33,776 bases of DNA from a candidate division WOR-3 bacterium (lineage in GTDB: Bacteria; Hydrothermota; Tepidihabitantia; SM23-42): contig JBBIHN010000001.1 of the NCBI GenBank assembly GCA_037446995.1, forward strand, positions 1 to 33,776, given 5' to 3'. Numbering within the stretch: the stretch's first letter is position 1; the number at the start of each line of letters is the position of its first letter. The notes below the pieces were generated by a model. It worked only from the letters and a program-made list of their open reading frames with translations. It had not been told where the DNA came from and did not search any database. This document shows, in pieces, positions 6,600 to 15,270 of the stretch. The translations under genes and the position numbers were made by a program.

Positions 6600-7076
6600 A
6601 TGAAATGCCCGCGCTGCGGCAAGGACGGCGACCGGGTCCTGGAAACCAGAGGTTCGCAGGCCGGCTCCGTGGTTCGACGCCGGCGGCAATGCAATGAATG
6701 CAATTTTCGTTTCACGACTTACGAAACCGTGGAACGCATGCCCCTGGTGGTCATGAAGCGGGACAGCACCCGTGAGCCTTACGACCGCACCAAACTCTTG
6801 AACGGCATCGCCATTGCCTGCCGCAAACGGCCGATCTCGGCCGAAAAGATCGAGGGCATTGTGAACGATATCGAAGATCATCTTTCGGATCATTATCAAA
6901 CCGAAATAAGGTCATCGGATATCGGTCGAATGGTGCTCGAGAGATTGCTGGACATCGATGACGTCAGTTATGTGCGATTTGCGTCGGTTTATCGTAAGTT
7001 CACTAATATTGACAAGTTTGCTCGAGAGCTTTCAAAGATCAAAAAGGAGCGACGATGGAAGAAAGAACAACGGTGA
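6600..7076 (+). CDS. nrdR: Transcriptional repressor NrdR (zinc ribbon + ATP-cone)
   Basis: The N-terminus is MKCPRCGKDGDRVLETR...RRRRQCNECNFRFTTYE (a CxxC...CxxC ribbon). It is followed by an ATP-cone (VMKRDSTREPYDRTKLLNGI...). The protein is 158 aa and sits directly upstream of nrdD. Confidence 0.95.
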   Translation: MKCPRCGKDGDRVLETRGSQAGSVVRRRRQCNECNFRFTTYETVERMPLVVMKRDSTREPYDRTKLLNGIAIACRKRPISAEKIEGIVNDIEDHLSDHYQTEIRSSDIGRMVLERLLDIDDVSYVRFASVYRKFTNIDKFARELSKIKKERRWKKEQR

Positions 7077-9481
7077 AAATAGGGATTGCGGCCGATATCC
7101 CAAAAGAGCGCATTTTTCAAAACGTTAGGAAACGCGATGGGTCACAGGTCGCTTTTGACCGGTCGAAGATATCGAACGCAATCTATCTGGCGGCAAAGGC
7201 GGTCGGCGGCGATGATCGAACTCTTGCCGAGAAACTCGCTGATGAGGTGGTTCTTTTTCTATATACCTTAAAGGGTGATCGGGTTCCCGAAGTCGAGGAG
7301 ATCCAGGATGCCGTGGAAAAGGTTCTGATCGAAAACGGTCATGCCCGTACTGCCAAAGGCTATATTCTCTACCGCAAGCAGCGCGAAATTCTTCGCCGGA
7401 AGCAGCTTCTGGAGAAAGAACCCGAAGAAAGGGATACAACCGACTATGCGCTGTTCGTGCGGACATCTGACGATGACTTCGTTTCCTGGGACCGTTCCCG
7501 TATCATCAAGGCGCTTCAGAACGAAACCGGCCTGGATTTGAACCGCGCCGAAAAAATCGCGGCGGAGACCGAGGAGACCATTTTGAACTCGAATGTTCAT
7601 CTTGTTTCATCGTCGCTGATACGGGAAATCGTCAATGTCAAATTGATCGAACACGGGTTGGAAAGCTCAAGGCTGCGTCATATCCGCCTGGGTATCCCCC
7701 TTTACGATGCCGAAAAAATAATACTTTATGCTAATCGCGAAAACGCCAACATACCGCATAATCCCGAGGCAACCAATATGACAATTGCCGAGACGGTCAA
7801 GAAACAATATATGTTGAGCGAGGTCTTCAGCCGCGAAGTCGCCGATGCCCATATCCGGGGCGACATACATCTGCATGATCTGGGTTTTGGCGACCGCCCC
7901 TATTGCTCCGGTCAATCGCTCGAATATGTGAAGAAATTCGGATTGAATCTGCCTAATGCATTATCAATCGCCCGGCCGGCAAAGCACGCCGATACAATGC
8001 TTGCTCATATGGTCAAATTTTCGGCGGCCCTGCAGGGGCATTTTGCCGGCGCGATCGGCTGGGACGCGGTCAATATCTTTTTTGCTCCTTTCCTGGTCGA
8101 TATGAACGACCGGGAAATCCATCAGCTCGCCCAGATGATGGTCTTTGAATATTCGCAGCAGTCGGTTGCCCGGGGCGGCCAGGCGATTTTTTCGGACCTG
8201 AACCTGTACTGGGAAATCCCCAAGCATTTCCGCAATGTTGATGCGATCGGCCCGGGCGGCGAATACACCGGCAAAAAATACCGCGACTATGCCGGCTACT
8301 CACAGAAATTCGCCTGGGCGCTCTTTGACGTCTACATGGACGGCGACGGCACGGGACGGCCTTTCTTCTTTCCGAAACCGCTGGTTCATATTACCGAAGA
8401 TTTTTTCCGAACTCCGGGTTGGGAGGACTTTCTTAATCACATCGCTGATGTCAGTTCAAAACGCGGCAATACCTACTATGTCTTCGACCGCGGAGAAACC
8501 GCAAAAATATCCGAATGCTGCCGGCTTTCGTTCAAACTCGACGAAAACGATCTGGCCGACGCCAATACACCATGGAAAATGCGCTATTCTGCCCTGCAGA
8601 ACGTAACCCTTAACCTTCCCCGGGCCACCTACGAGGCAGACCATGATGACGAAATCCTTTTCCGGAAGATCGATGAACTCCTCGAGTACGCGGTGAAAGC
8701 GCATATTCAGAAGAAAGCATTTATCGAAAGAATAATATCGCTTAAAGCCGATGGTCCACTCGCTCTGTTGACCATGGAACGGGACGGCGAACCATATTTG
8801 CGATTGCACCGAGCAACTTACCTGATTGGACTGCTGGGGCTGAATGAGCTGGTTCAATATCATACCGGAAAACAGATGCACGAGAGCGAATCAGCGATCC
8901 GATTTGGTTTACGGGTATTGGCTTACCTTTACCTGCGCATCAAAGAACTGTCCCGTAAGTATCATATGCATCTGGTCATGGAACAAACCCCGGCCGAATC
9001 CACCGCATACCGTTTTGCGCGGCTGGACCTCGAACACTATAATCAACAGACGTTACCGATAATCAAGGGCGATATCACAGCCAATTCCGCCTACTATACT
9101 AATTCCACTTATCTTAATGTCGGAATACCGCTTGACCCGATCGAACGGGTAAAAACCGAAGGCAAATTTCATGATATGATCGAAGCCGGCGCTCTGACGC
9201 ATGTCTGGCTTGGCGATGCCCAACCGCCCAAGGAATCGATAGCGAATTTCGTCGTAAAAACCTTCCGTCATACCAGGAATGCCCAGATCGCGTTTTCGCC
9301 AGAATTCACGACTTGCAACGGCTGTTTCCGCACGGGCCGCGGGATAAAGGATAAATGTGAATACTGCGGGAGTAGGGACATCGATCACATTACGCGGGTT
9401 ACCGGCTATTTCACGAAAGTCTCGGGATGGAACAAGGGTAAGAAGGCCGAGCTGAACGACCGGTATCGATCCCCGATGTAG
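7055..9481 (+). CDS. nrdD: Anaerobic ribonucleoside-triphosphate reductase (class III, NrdD) with an N-terminal ATP-cone plus a second degenerate ATP-cone
   Basis: 808 aa. ATP-cone 1 is VRKRDGSQVAFDRSKISNAI...YILYRKQR. A second cone-like segment is FVSWDRSRIIKALQNETGL. The C-terminus has a Cys cluster (CNGCFRTGRGIKDKCEYCGS) and a glycyl-radical loop (ITRVTGYFTKVSGWNKGK). It overlaps the nrdR stop by 22 nt. Confidence 0.95.
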   Translation: MEERTTVKIGIAADIPKERIFQNVRKRDGSQVAFDRSKISNAIYLAAKAVGGDDRTLAEKLADEVVLFLYTLKGDRVPEVEEIQDAVEKVLIENGHARTAKGYILYRKQREILRRKQLLEKEPEERDTTDYALFVRTSDDDFVSWDRSRIIKALQNETGLDLNRAEKIAAETEETILNSNVHLVSSSLIREIVNVKLIEHGLESSRLRHIRLGIPLYDAEKIILYANRENANIPHNPEATNMTIAETVKKQYMLSEVFSREVADAHIRGDIHLHDLGFGDRPYCSGQSLEYVKKFGLNLPNALSIARPAKHADTMLAHMVKFSAALQGHFAGAIGWDAVNIFFAPFLVDMNDREIHQLAQMMVFEYSQQSVARGGQAIFSDLNLYWEIPKHFRNVDAIGPGGEYTGKKYRDYAGYSQKFAWALFDVYMDGDGTGRPFFFPKPLVHITEDFFRTPGWEDFLNHIADVSSKRGNTYYVFDRGETAKISECCRLSFKLDENDLADANTPWKMRYSALQNVTLNLPRATYEADHDDEILFRKIDELLEYAVKAHIQKKAFIERIISLKADGPLALLTMERDGEPYLRLHRATYLIGLLGLNELVQYHTGKQMHESESAIRFGLRVLAYLYLRIKELSRKYHMHLVMEQTPAESTAYRFARLDLEHYNQQTLPIIKGDITANSAYYTNSTYLNVGIPLDPIERVKTEGKFHDMIEAGALTHVWLGDAQPPKESIANFVVKTFRHTRNAQIAFSPEFTTCNGCFRTGRGIKDKCEYCGSRDIDHITRVTGYFTKVSGWNKGKKAELNDRYRSPM

Positions 9482-9567
9482 AAAAGCGCTTTTTCGAAAC
9501 GCTTCGAAATAGAATCCTTCCAAGAATGTCGCTTTCTGTGAATAATCGATTGAATGAAACATCACAA

Positions 9568-9595
9568 TTGACTGCATTTTGAATTTTCGTATAAT
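9568..9595 (+). promoter_or_regulatory. Sigma-70-type promoter upstream of the basic micro-ORF
   Basis: TTGACT (9568-9573), a 16-nt spacer, then TATAAT (9590-9595). Confidence 0.45.
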
Positions 9596-9620
9596 TCAAC
9601 CAGAAAGGAGGTAACATTTT

Positions 9621-9716
9621 ATGCCCTGCGGAAGAAAGCGAAAGCTCAAGAAGATAAAGCGTCACAAATTGAAGAAACGCCGCAAAAGAGATCGCCATAA
9701 GAAGAAATTAAGATAG
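9621..9716 (+). CDS. 31-aa highly basic micro-protein, bS22-like (AURKAIP1/COX24-C-like) candidate small ribosomal protein
   Basis: It is not in the ORF track because it is shorter than 60 aa. The ATG at 9621 is preceded by AAAGGAGG (9604-9611). The translation is MPCGRKRKLKKIKRHKLKKRRKRDRHKKKLR, ending at TAG 9714-9716. From memory, the RKRK-x-KK-x-K-HK-x-KK pattern resembles mycobacterial bS22 (about 33 aa). A near-consensus promoter lies about 25 nt upstream. Confidence 0.55.
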   Translation: MPCGRKRKLKKIKRHKLKKRRKRDRHKKKLR

Positions 9717-10475
9717 TTTTCTCATAAGTACGCCGCGCTTCGTGGTTTTGAAAAAATCAATTATTTCGGCAATCTTCGCCTCATGCGCTTGCTCGCCGAG
9801 TTCAGCAAGCGTTTTTCTTAAGGGACGGACGGAGCTGAATATCCGACGATAAATCGTCTTCAAAGAGACGATCTCGGCGTCGGTCATACGATTTTTTTTC
9901 AACCCTTTCACATTTACGCCCACAATCCGGGCGCGATTGCCCGCCGCGAGCAGAAAAGGTGCAAGATCCTTGTTCAAATACGACTTTGCTCCAAGCATTG
10001 CCATCCGGCCGATACGGCAGAACTGGTGAATGCCGCAAAGTCCTCCGATATTCACGTAATCATCAATTATTACGTGCCCGCCAAGCTGAGAACCGCTGGC
10101 GATGATAACATCATTTCCGATGACTGCATTATGGGCGACATGAACATAGGTCATTATGTAATTGCGATCGCCGATAATGGTTTTCGCGTCGGTACCGGTC
10201 GCACACGAGATCGTCGCGTATTCTCGGATTATATTGTGATTGCCGATTACGCAGAATGATCTTTCCCCCCGATAATGATAATCTTGCGGTTCTATTCCGA
10301 TCTGGACGCCGCCACCAATCAAATTGTGCGATCCTATAATCGAACCGTTGCGGATGATTGTATTATGTCCGATCGTCGTACCCTTGCCGATTTTGACATC
10401 GGCTTCGATTATTGTGAACCGACCGATGCTAACTCCAACATCAATATCGGCTTGTTTGCTGATGCGGGAAAACAC
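9708..10475 (-). CDS. lpxA: Acyl-ACP--UDP-N-acetylglucosamine O-acyltransferase
   Basis: 255 aa. It has left-handed beta-helix hexapeptide repeats and a C-terminal helical domain (NVKGLKKNRMTDAEIVSLKTIYRRIF). It lies immediately downstream of fabZ, the conserved arrangement. Confidence 0.92.
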   Translation of the reverse strand: MFSRISKQADIDVGVSIGRFTIIEADVKIGKGTTIGHNTIIRNGSIIGSHNLIGGGVQIGIEPQDYHYRGERSFCVIGNHNIIREYATISCATGTDAKTIIGDRNYIMTYVHVAHNAVIGNDVIIASGSQLGGHVIIDDYVNIGGLCGIHQFCRIGRMAMLGAKSYLNKDLAPFLLAAGNRARIVGVNVKGLKKNRMTDAEIVSLKTIYRRIFSSVRPLRKTLAELGEQAHEAKIAEIIDFFKTTKRGVLMRKLS

Positions 10476-10483
10476 GGACCGAC

Positions 10484-10903
10484 TTATAGCTTCACCATTG
10501 CCATGACCGTCGCCTCGCAGGCGAGTTCATCGATAACCTTTGCCCGGCCGTTGACTCTGACGATATTACCGCGGTCATGAACGATCTCTGCCTCCAGCAC
10601 AAGCACATCGTCGGGACGCACTACCCGACGAAAACGGGCATGATCTATGCCCATAAACAAAGGTATCGCACCGGGCGCGCGGCGTAAAACCATTATCGCA
10701 CTCAACTGGGCGATCGCCTCGACGATAAGAACACCGGGCATTATTGGTTCCCTGGGAAAATGTCCGGCAAAATAGAATTCATCCGGGCGAACCCGACGCC
10801 GACCGGCAATCCGGTTCTCGCCAATCTCACAGACTTCATCGACAAAAAGAAAGGGCGGACGATGTGGTATGATCCGCATTATCTCTTCGGTATTCATGAT
10901 CAT
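10484..10903 (-). CDS. fabZ: 3-hydroxyacyl-ACP dehydratase FabZ
   Basis: 139 aa with IPHRPPFLFVDEV ... GHFPREPIMPGVLIVEAIAQ, the hot-dog fold signature. Confidence 0.95.
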   Translation of the reverse strand: MIMNTEEIMRIIPHRPPFLFVDEVCEIGENRIAGRRRVRPDEFYFAGHFPREPIMPGVLIVEAIAQLSAIMVLRRAPGAIPLFMGIDHARFRRVVRPDDVLVLEAEIVHDRGNIVRVNGRAKVIDELACEATVMAMVKL

Positions 10904-10907
10904 GCTC

Positions 10908-11792
10908 CTATTCTTCGATGATCTTCGTTACATTACTGGGCTTTAAAAGACTATTACGGCAGTTTCTGAGATCGGAAACATCTTTGACCTGGCAGCCGAT
11001 CGAGCCGATTTGCACGGCACTTCCCCGATAACCGTGGCAGTCTGATCCGCCGGTCATCACTAGTCCGTTCTTGATCGCGAGTTCATAGAACCGCTGGCGG
11101 TCGTGGAGGCTGTGTTCGGGATGCCAGACCTCAATACCGAGGCATCCCTCCATGATCAGCTGATATATTACCGATTCAAAGCGCAGTATCCCGGGGTGGG
11201 CGATCACCGGAACACCTTTGCATTCTTTGATCAACGCGATTACGACGTGCGGGTGCACGTCTTTTTTGGGCTCATAATATGGTCGCCCCTGCCCTAGATA
11301 CCGGGCAAAGGCTTCGTTCGACGATTTTGCATAACCGTTTTCGATCAGCACCTCGGCAATATGAGGACGCCCCAATGAACTTCCCTCGGCATATATCTTT
11401 ATTTGCTCGAATTCGATTTTGATGCCGTCATTATTGAGATGATTCACTATGCGTTTCACCCGCTCCAGACGATGTTGTTTGAAGCCGTCAAGGTATTCAA
11501 GCAAATTACCGTTATCGCAGCTGATGTAATAACCCAGAATATGCACGTCGAGACTACCCAGATTCGAGCTCATCTCCACCGCCGGGATCACCTCGATCGT
11601 ATCGGCGGCAATCGACAAAGCCTCGGGAACACCCGAAATCGTATCATGATCGGTTATTGACACGGTTTTCAACCTGGCCCCTTTGGCCATCTTGATTATC
11701 TCGTCGATCGAGTATGAACCGTCCGAATGATCGGAATGGATATGAAGATCAGCTTCGTGTTGATTCGAGCCTGAATGTAACAACGAGTTCAA
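10908..11792 (-). CDS. PHP-domain metal-dependent phosphoesterase (TrpH/YciV-like)
   Basis: 294 aa with DLHIHSDHSDGSYSIDEII ... VSITDHDTISG ... IAHPG ... GGSDCHG, the PHP histidine/aspartate motifs. Confidence 0.85.
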   Translation of the reverse strand: MNSLLHSGSNQHEADLHIHSDHSDGSYSIDEIIKMAKGARLKTVSITDHDTISGVPEALSIAADTIEVIPAVEMSSNLGSLDVHILGYYISCDNGNLLEYLDGFKQHRLERVKRIVNHLNNDGIKIEFEQIKIYAEGSSLGRPHIAEVLIENGYAKSSNEAFARYLGQGRPYYEPKKDVHPHVVIALIKECKGVPVIAHPGILRFESVIYQLIMEGCLGIEVWHPEHSLHDRQRFYELAIKNGLVMTGGSDCHGYRGSAVQIGSIGCQVKDVSDLRNCRNSLLKPSNVTKIIEE

Positions 11793-11801
11793 AATAGACG
11801 G

Positions 11802-12626
11802 TTACGGCGTTTTGCAACTCAGACCAAGATCATGACCGACATCTTCAATGATCTTCTCGTCGATAAGTTCTTTCTTCAATAAGAACCCCTCGAGCAAGGC
11901 ATTATCGCAGACCGCATTTATAGTTCGTGGTATCCCTCGCGTATAGACGAAGATCCTCTGAAGCGCCTCGCGGCTAAAAAGGGGACGGGTGCAGCCGGCA
12001 ACCTTGAGGCGATGGATGATGTAGTTGGCTGCGGCCTTTTCATCGAGCGCTTCAAGCACGCAGCGCACCGCCACGCGCTGATACAACGGCGGATCAAGCT
12101 TCAGATAATCTTCCATCTCCGGCAATCCGAACAGTATGAAATTCAGGAGTTTTCCCCGTTCGGATTCAAGGTTCAGCAAACCCCTTATCTCTTCCATTAT
12201 CTCCTTGCGTTGCAACATATTTGCTTCGTCGATTAGGATAACCACTTTCTTCTTCTTGCCGGTCAAATCCAGCAGGCGATGATAAACGGCGGTTATGATA
12301 TCGATTTTGTTCTCGGAATCCATCGGCGTCTCGAGCATCAACGCGATCTTTTTCAAAAACCACAGAGAAGTTATTTCCGAATGAATGATCACCAGCAAAG
12401 TCGCCTCAATACCAAGCGCGATAAACTGATCCAGAAGACGCCGCGAAAGAGTAGTCTTTCCGGTGCCGATATCCCCGATCAGAAGGCCAAGTCCTTTTTC
12501 AGTCTCGACCGAATGCAGCATCTTAACGAGCGCTTTGGAGTGTTGTGGTGAATCATACCAGAACTTCTCATCGGTAGTGAAACTGAATGGATGTTCTCTT
12601 AATTTATAGAAAGATTCGTAGCCCAT
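11802..12626 (-). CDS. ExeA/GspA (MshM)-like AAA ATPase, paralog 1
   Basis: 274 aa. The N-terminus FYKLREHPFSFTTDEKFWYDSPQHSKAL matches the ExeA pattern (FFGL..PF......f.y.s..H..AL). Walker A is GDIGTGKTT and Walker B is VVILIDEAN. It starts 4 nt after the upstream TPR gene. Confidence 0.85.
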   Translation of the reverse strand: MGYESFYKLREHPFSFTTDEKFWYDSPQHSKALVKMLHSVETEKGLGLLIGDIGTGKTTLSRRLLDQFIALGIEATLLVIIHSEITSLWFLKKIALMLETPMDSENKIDIITAVYHRLLDLTGKKKKVVILIDEANMLQRKEIMEEIRGLLNLESERGKLLNFILFGLPEMEDYLKLDPPLYQRVAVRCVLEALDEKAAANYIIHRLKVAGCTRPLFSREALQRIFVYTRGIPRTINAVCDNALLEGFLLKKELIDEKIIEDVGHDLGLSCKTP

Positions 12627-12630
12627 TTAT

Positions 12631-14436
12631 CTAAAGGTAAGTTATCTTCGATTTCTTAACCTTCACACTTTCCGCCGGCGGTGCAGGTGACGGAGGCGGC
12701 TTCGATGATTGATCGACTTTGCCCTCCCTTTGAAGTTGCGCAGAGAAACGGTTTTTGATCTCGTTTATTTTTCTGGTCAGCTCGGGAACCGTTTTATCGA
12801 TCTTGTAGGCATTCATATACGATCTCAGGGCTTCCTTGAGATTTCTCTTTTTTTCAAAACAATTGCCGAGCAAAAAATGAATGCCGAAATACTCGCTGGC
12901 CGGCCGGCCCGTTATCCCGAGACCATCGTTGAGAACACGCAGGCCTTCGTCAACCTTGTCTTTTTCGAGAAAACACGAGCCGATCATCTCCATTGCCTTG
13001 AGTCTCAGATCCTGGTCCTTCGCCGCCATCTCGAATTCCTCGATCGCCTCCTGGAACAAGCCCATTCCCTTATAGGCAACTCCGAGATCATAGCGCGACT
13101 TGAAATCGCCCTCGCCGATCGATTCAAATACTTCACGCCGGAACTGCGAGATCAATCCGTCGATGCTTTGCAGGTTCTCCGACTTCTGATCCTGTACGAT
13201 CTCGGTACGTAAGACCTCGCCAAGATCGATGAAATCCTTTGGTTGCTCAAAGGCCGCGATCATCTCCTGGGCAATCTGGTTCGCCGGCTCAATGCTCAAA
13301 ACCTTGCGATAAACTTCACTGGCCTCGCTTTTTGCGTCACGGCGACTAAGCGATTCGGCAAGGTTCAGCAAGGCATCAACCTGCAGGGCATTATCGTCCA
13401 TGGCACCTGCGATCTCAACCATAAGCTGACGTGACTTAAGATCAAAAGGACGAAGATCGGCAATGCGTTTGTTAAGTTCGAGAGACTTTCCGTATTCTCG
13501 GCTCTTAAGTGCTTCGGCGGCCGCGCCCCGGAAGCAGTCGATCGCCTCATCTTCATGACCGAGGTTCAAGTATACATCTCCCAACTCAACTGCCCTATCG
13601 ATTTCTAATTGCGCTTTGGCCACCGGTTCTGCGGCCGGTTCTTCGACCGGCCCGACTTCATCCTTCAGCAACTCGGCAACCTCCGGCGAGACCAGATCGT
13701 CAATCTTTTTGCATTCGGCTTTGTCGCCGACTTCCGGCTCGGCTTCTTCAACCGCCCCGGCCGACGCCTTAGCTTCAACCACTATTTCGGGCTTTACCGA
13801 CACCGGCTCCGGGATGACTTCCTCTTTCTCCTCGACGACTTCCTTCTCAATTTCGACCGTTTCCGGCGTCTTAGAGACCAGGGTTTCGCGGAACTTCTCC
13901 TGTTGGGTTTCTATTTCCTGTGCCTCTTTGCGTAATTCCTTACCTTCTTCTTTCTTGCCAACCTTCTCATAGATCGCCGAGATCGTTTCCAGAATCTTAG
14001 GATTGTTAGGCACCAGTTCTTTGATTATATTGTAAGCGCGCAGGGCGTCTTCCATGGCGTTATCTTTCATCTTACGCTCGGCGTATTCAAGATAGCAGCT
14101 TACCGCTTCGCCTTTTTGGTCGAGTTCTTTGTGGAGATCACCGAGCAGCTCGTAGACATTTGCACGTTCTTTGTTGAGACGCAGGATCTTCTTGCACAAT
14201 GCGACCGCGTTCGGATAATAGGTCTCTTCCCGGAACACGCGGGCGCCTTTCTCATAGACATCAAGCGCCTCTTCTTTTCGGTTGACTTTTATGTAGAGAT
14301 CGCCCAGTTTGTTGAACAGCGAACCATCGGTGGTGAATTCAGCTAAAGATTTTTCTAGTTCTTCGATTGCCTTTCTTAGATCGCCTTTTGCTTCATACTC
14401 GGCGACTTTTCTCTTTACTTCACCGGCTTCCGGCAT
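12631..14436 (-). CDS. Long signal-less TPR protein, paralog 1 (TPR, acidic/Pro-rich linker, TPR, basic tail)
   Basis: 601 aa. It has TPR-like helical repeats at both ends and a Glu/Pro/Val-rich linker at about aa 165-278. There is no N-terminal signal peptide (MPEAGEVKRKVAEYE). Its ATG overlaps the TAA of the upstream ATPase (TAATG at 14434-14438). Confidence 0.8.
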   Translation of the reverse strand: MPEAGEVKRKVAEYEAKGDLRKAIEELEKSLAEFTTDGSLFNKLGDLYIKVNRKEEALDVYEKGARVFREETYYPNAVALCKKILRLNKERANVYELLGDLHKELDQKGEAVSCYLEYAERKMKDNAMEDALRAYNIIKELVPNNPKILETISAIYEKVGKKEEGKELRKEAQEIETQQEKFRETLVSKTPETVEIEKEVVEEKEEVIPEPVSVKPEIVVEAKASAGAVEEAEPEVGDKAECKKIDDLVSPEVAELLKDEVGPVEEPAAEPVAKAQLEIDRAVELGDVYLNLGHEDEAIDCFRGAAAEALKSREYGKSLELNKRIADLRPFDLKSRQLMVEIAGAMDDNALQVDALLNLAESLSRRDAKSEASEVYRKVLSIEPANQIAQEMIAAFEQPKDFIDLGEVLRTEIVQDQKSENLQSIDGLISQFRREVFESIGEGDFKSRYDLGVAYKGMGLFQEAIEEFEMAAKDQDLRLKAMEMIGSCFLEKDKVDEGLRVLNDGLGITGRPASEYFGIHFLLGNCFEKKRNLKEALRSYMNAYKIDKTVPELTRKINEIKNRFSAQLQREGKVDQSSKPPPSPAPPAESVKVKKSKITYL

Positions 14437-15257
14437 TATTCAAATTTCAAACCAAAATTGGATACAACTTTTTCGATTATTGATTCGTCGATATTCTGTT
14501 TACGTTGAAAATAGCCTTCGAGCAAAGCATTGTCGCAGGTTATATTTACGAGCCTGGGCCGGCCGTCGGCATAACGACATACCAAATCGACCGCCCTGGG
14601 AGAGAATAACTCGCGGGCTGCGCCGGCGATCGTCAATCGATGGTTGATATAAGACCTAATCGTATCGCTGCCCATCGGCTTCAACTTAACCTTCACCGCA
14701 ATACGCTGGTATAGAGCGCGATTGGTGGATAAGAAGCTCTCCAGGTCCGGTAAACCGCTGAGCACGAACGAGATCAACCGTGTATCGGCGATTTCGAGAT
14801 TGAGCAATCCCCTCATCTCCTCAAGGATCTCGGGACTTCGGATCTTATTTGCCTCGTCAATGATGATCACCGTTTTCTCATTGCGTCGGTATATCTCATT
14901 GAGCCTCTGCGATATCCGGTTGATAACCTCAGTAGTCGAACTCCCGATATCCCGCGCGCCGATCAGGTTCGCGATTCGCGAAAAAAGCCATCCGGGAGCA
15001 AATTCAGAGTGAGTAAGAACAATCAAACCCACCTGATAGTTTTCGGCGCCATACAGCTCACTTAGTATCTTTCTCACCAATGTCGTCTTACCCGTGCCGA
15101 TTTCACCTAACAGCACGGCCATACCTCTGGTGCCGCGGGCCGCGTGGATCAGATATTCCCTCGCCAGAGCGTGCTGCGGTGAGTTGAAGTAGAATTTCGG
15201 GTCAGGATGATTGGTAAAAGGCTCGAATTTCAAACCATAGAATTCCTGATATCCCAC
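14436..15257 (-). CDS. ExeA/GspA (MshM)-like AAA ATPase, paralog 2
   Basis: 273 aa with FYGLKFEPFTNHPDPKFYFNSPQHALA. Walker A is GEIGTGKTT and Walker B is TVIIIDEAN. It is collinear with paralog 1 over its full length. Confidence 0.85.
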   Translation of the reverse strand: MGYQEFYGLKFEPFTNHPDPKFYFNSPQHALAREYLIHAARGTRGMAVLLGEIGTGKTTLVRKILSELYGAENYQVGLIVLTHSEFAPGWLFSRIANLIGARDIGSSTTEVINRISQRLNEIYRRNEKTVIIIDEANKIRSPEILEEMRGLLNLEIADTRLISFVLSGLPDLESFLSTNRALYQRIAVKVKLKPMGSDTIRSYINHRLTIAGAARELFSPRAVDLVCRYADGRPRLVNITCDNALLEGYFQRKQNIDESIIEKVVSNFGLKFE

Positions 15258-15270
15258 TTAACCTCCCATT

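Noticed and set aside
6513-6899. 128-aa minus-strand ORF opposite nrdR.
   Set aside because: It is antisense to a gene with a textbook NrdR sequence and would run into the nrdR promoter and operator.
7086-9698. Numerous 60-174-aa ORFs on both strands within and just after nrdD (for example 7125..7466 -, 8456..8881 -, 9053..9577 -, 9411..9698 -), and a possible hairpin right after the nrdD stop (AAGCG-11 nt-CGCTT near 9487-9507).
   Set aside because: The ORFs are shadows of the nrdD frame or cross the intergenic promoter of the micro-ORF. The hairpin has only a 5-bp stem with an 11-nt loop and no U-tract.
13509-13972. Plus-strand ORFs (13509..13772, 13609..13935, 13616..13972) with Pro/Ser/Thr/Arg-rich translations.
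   Set aside because: They are mirror images of the Glu/Pro/Val-rich low-complexity linker of TPR1 on the opposite strand. This is a typical compositional artefact.
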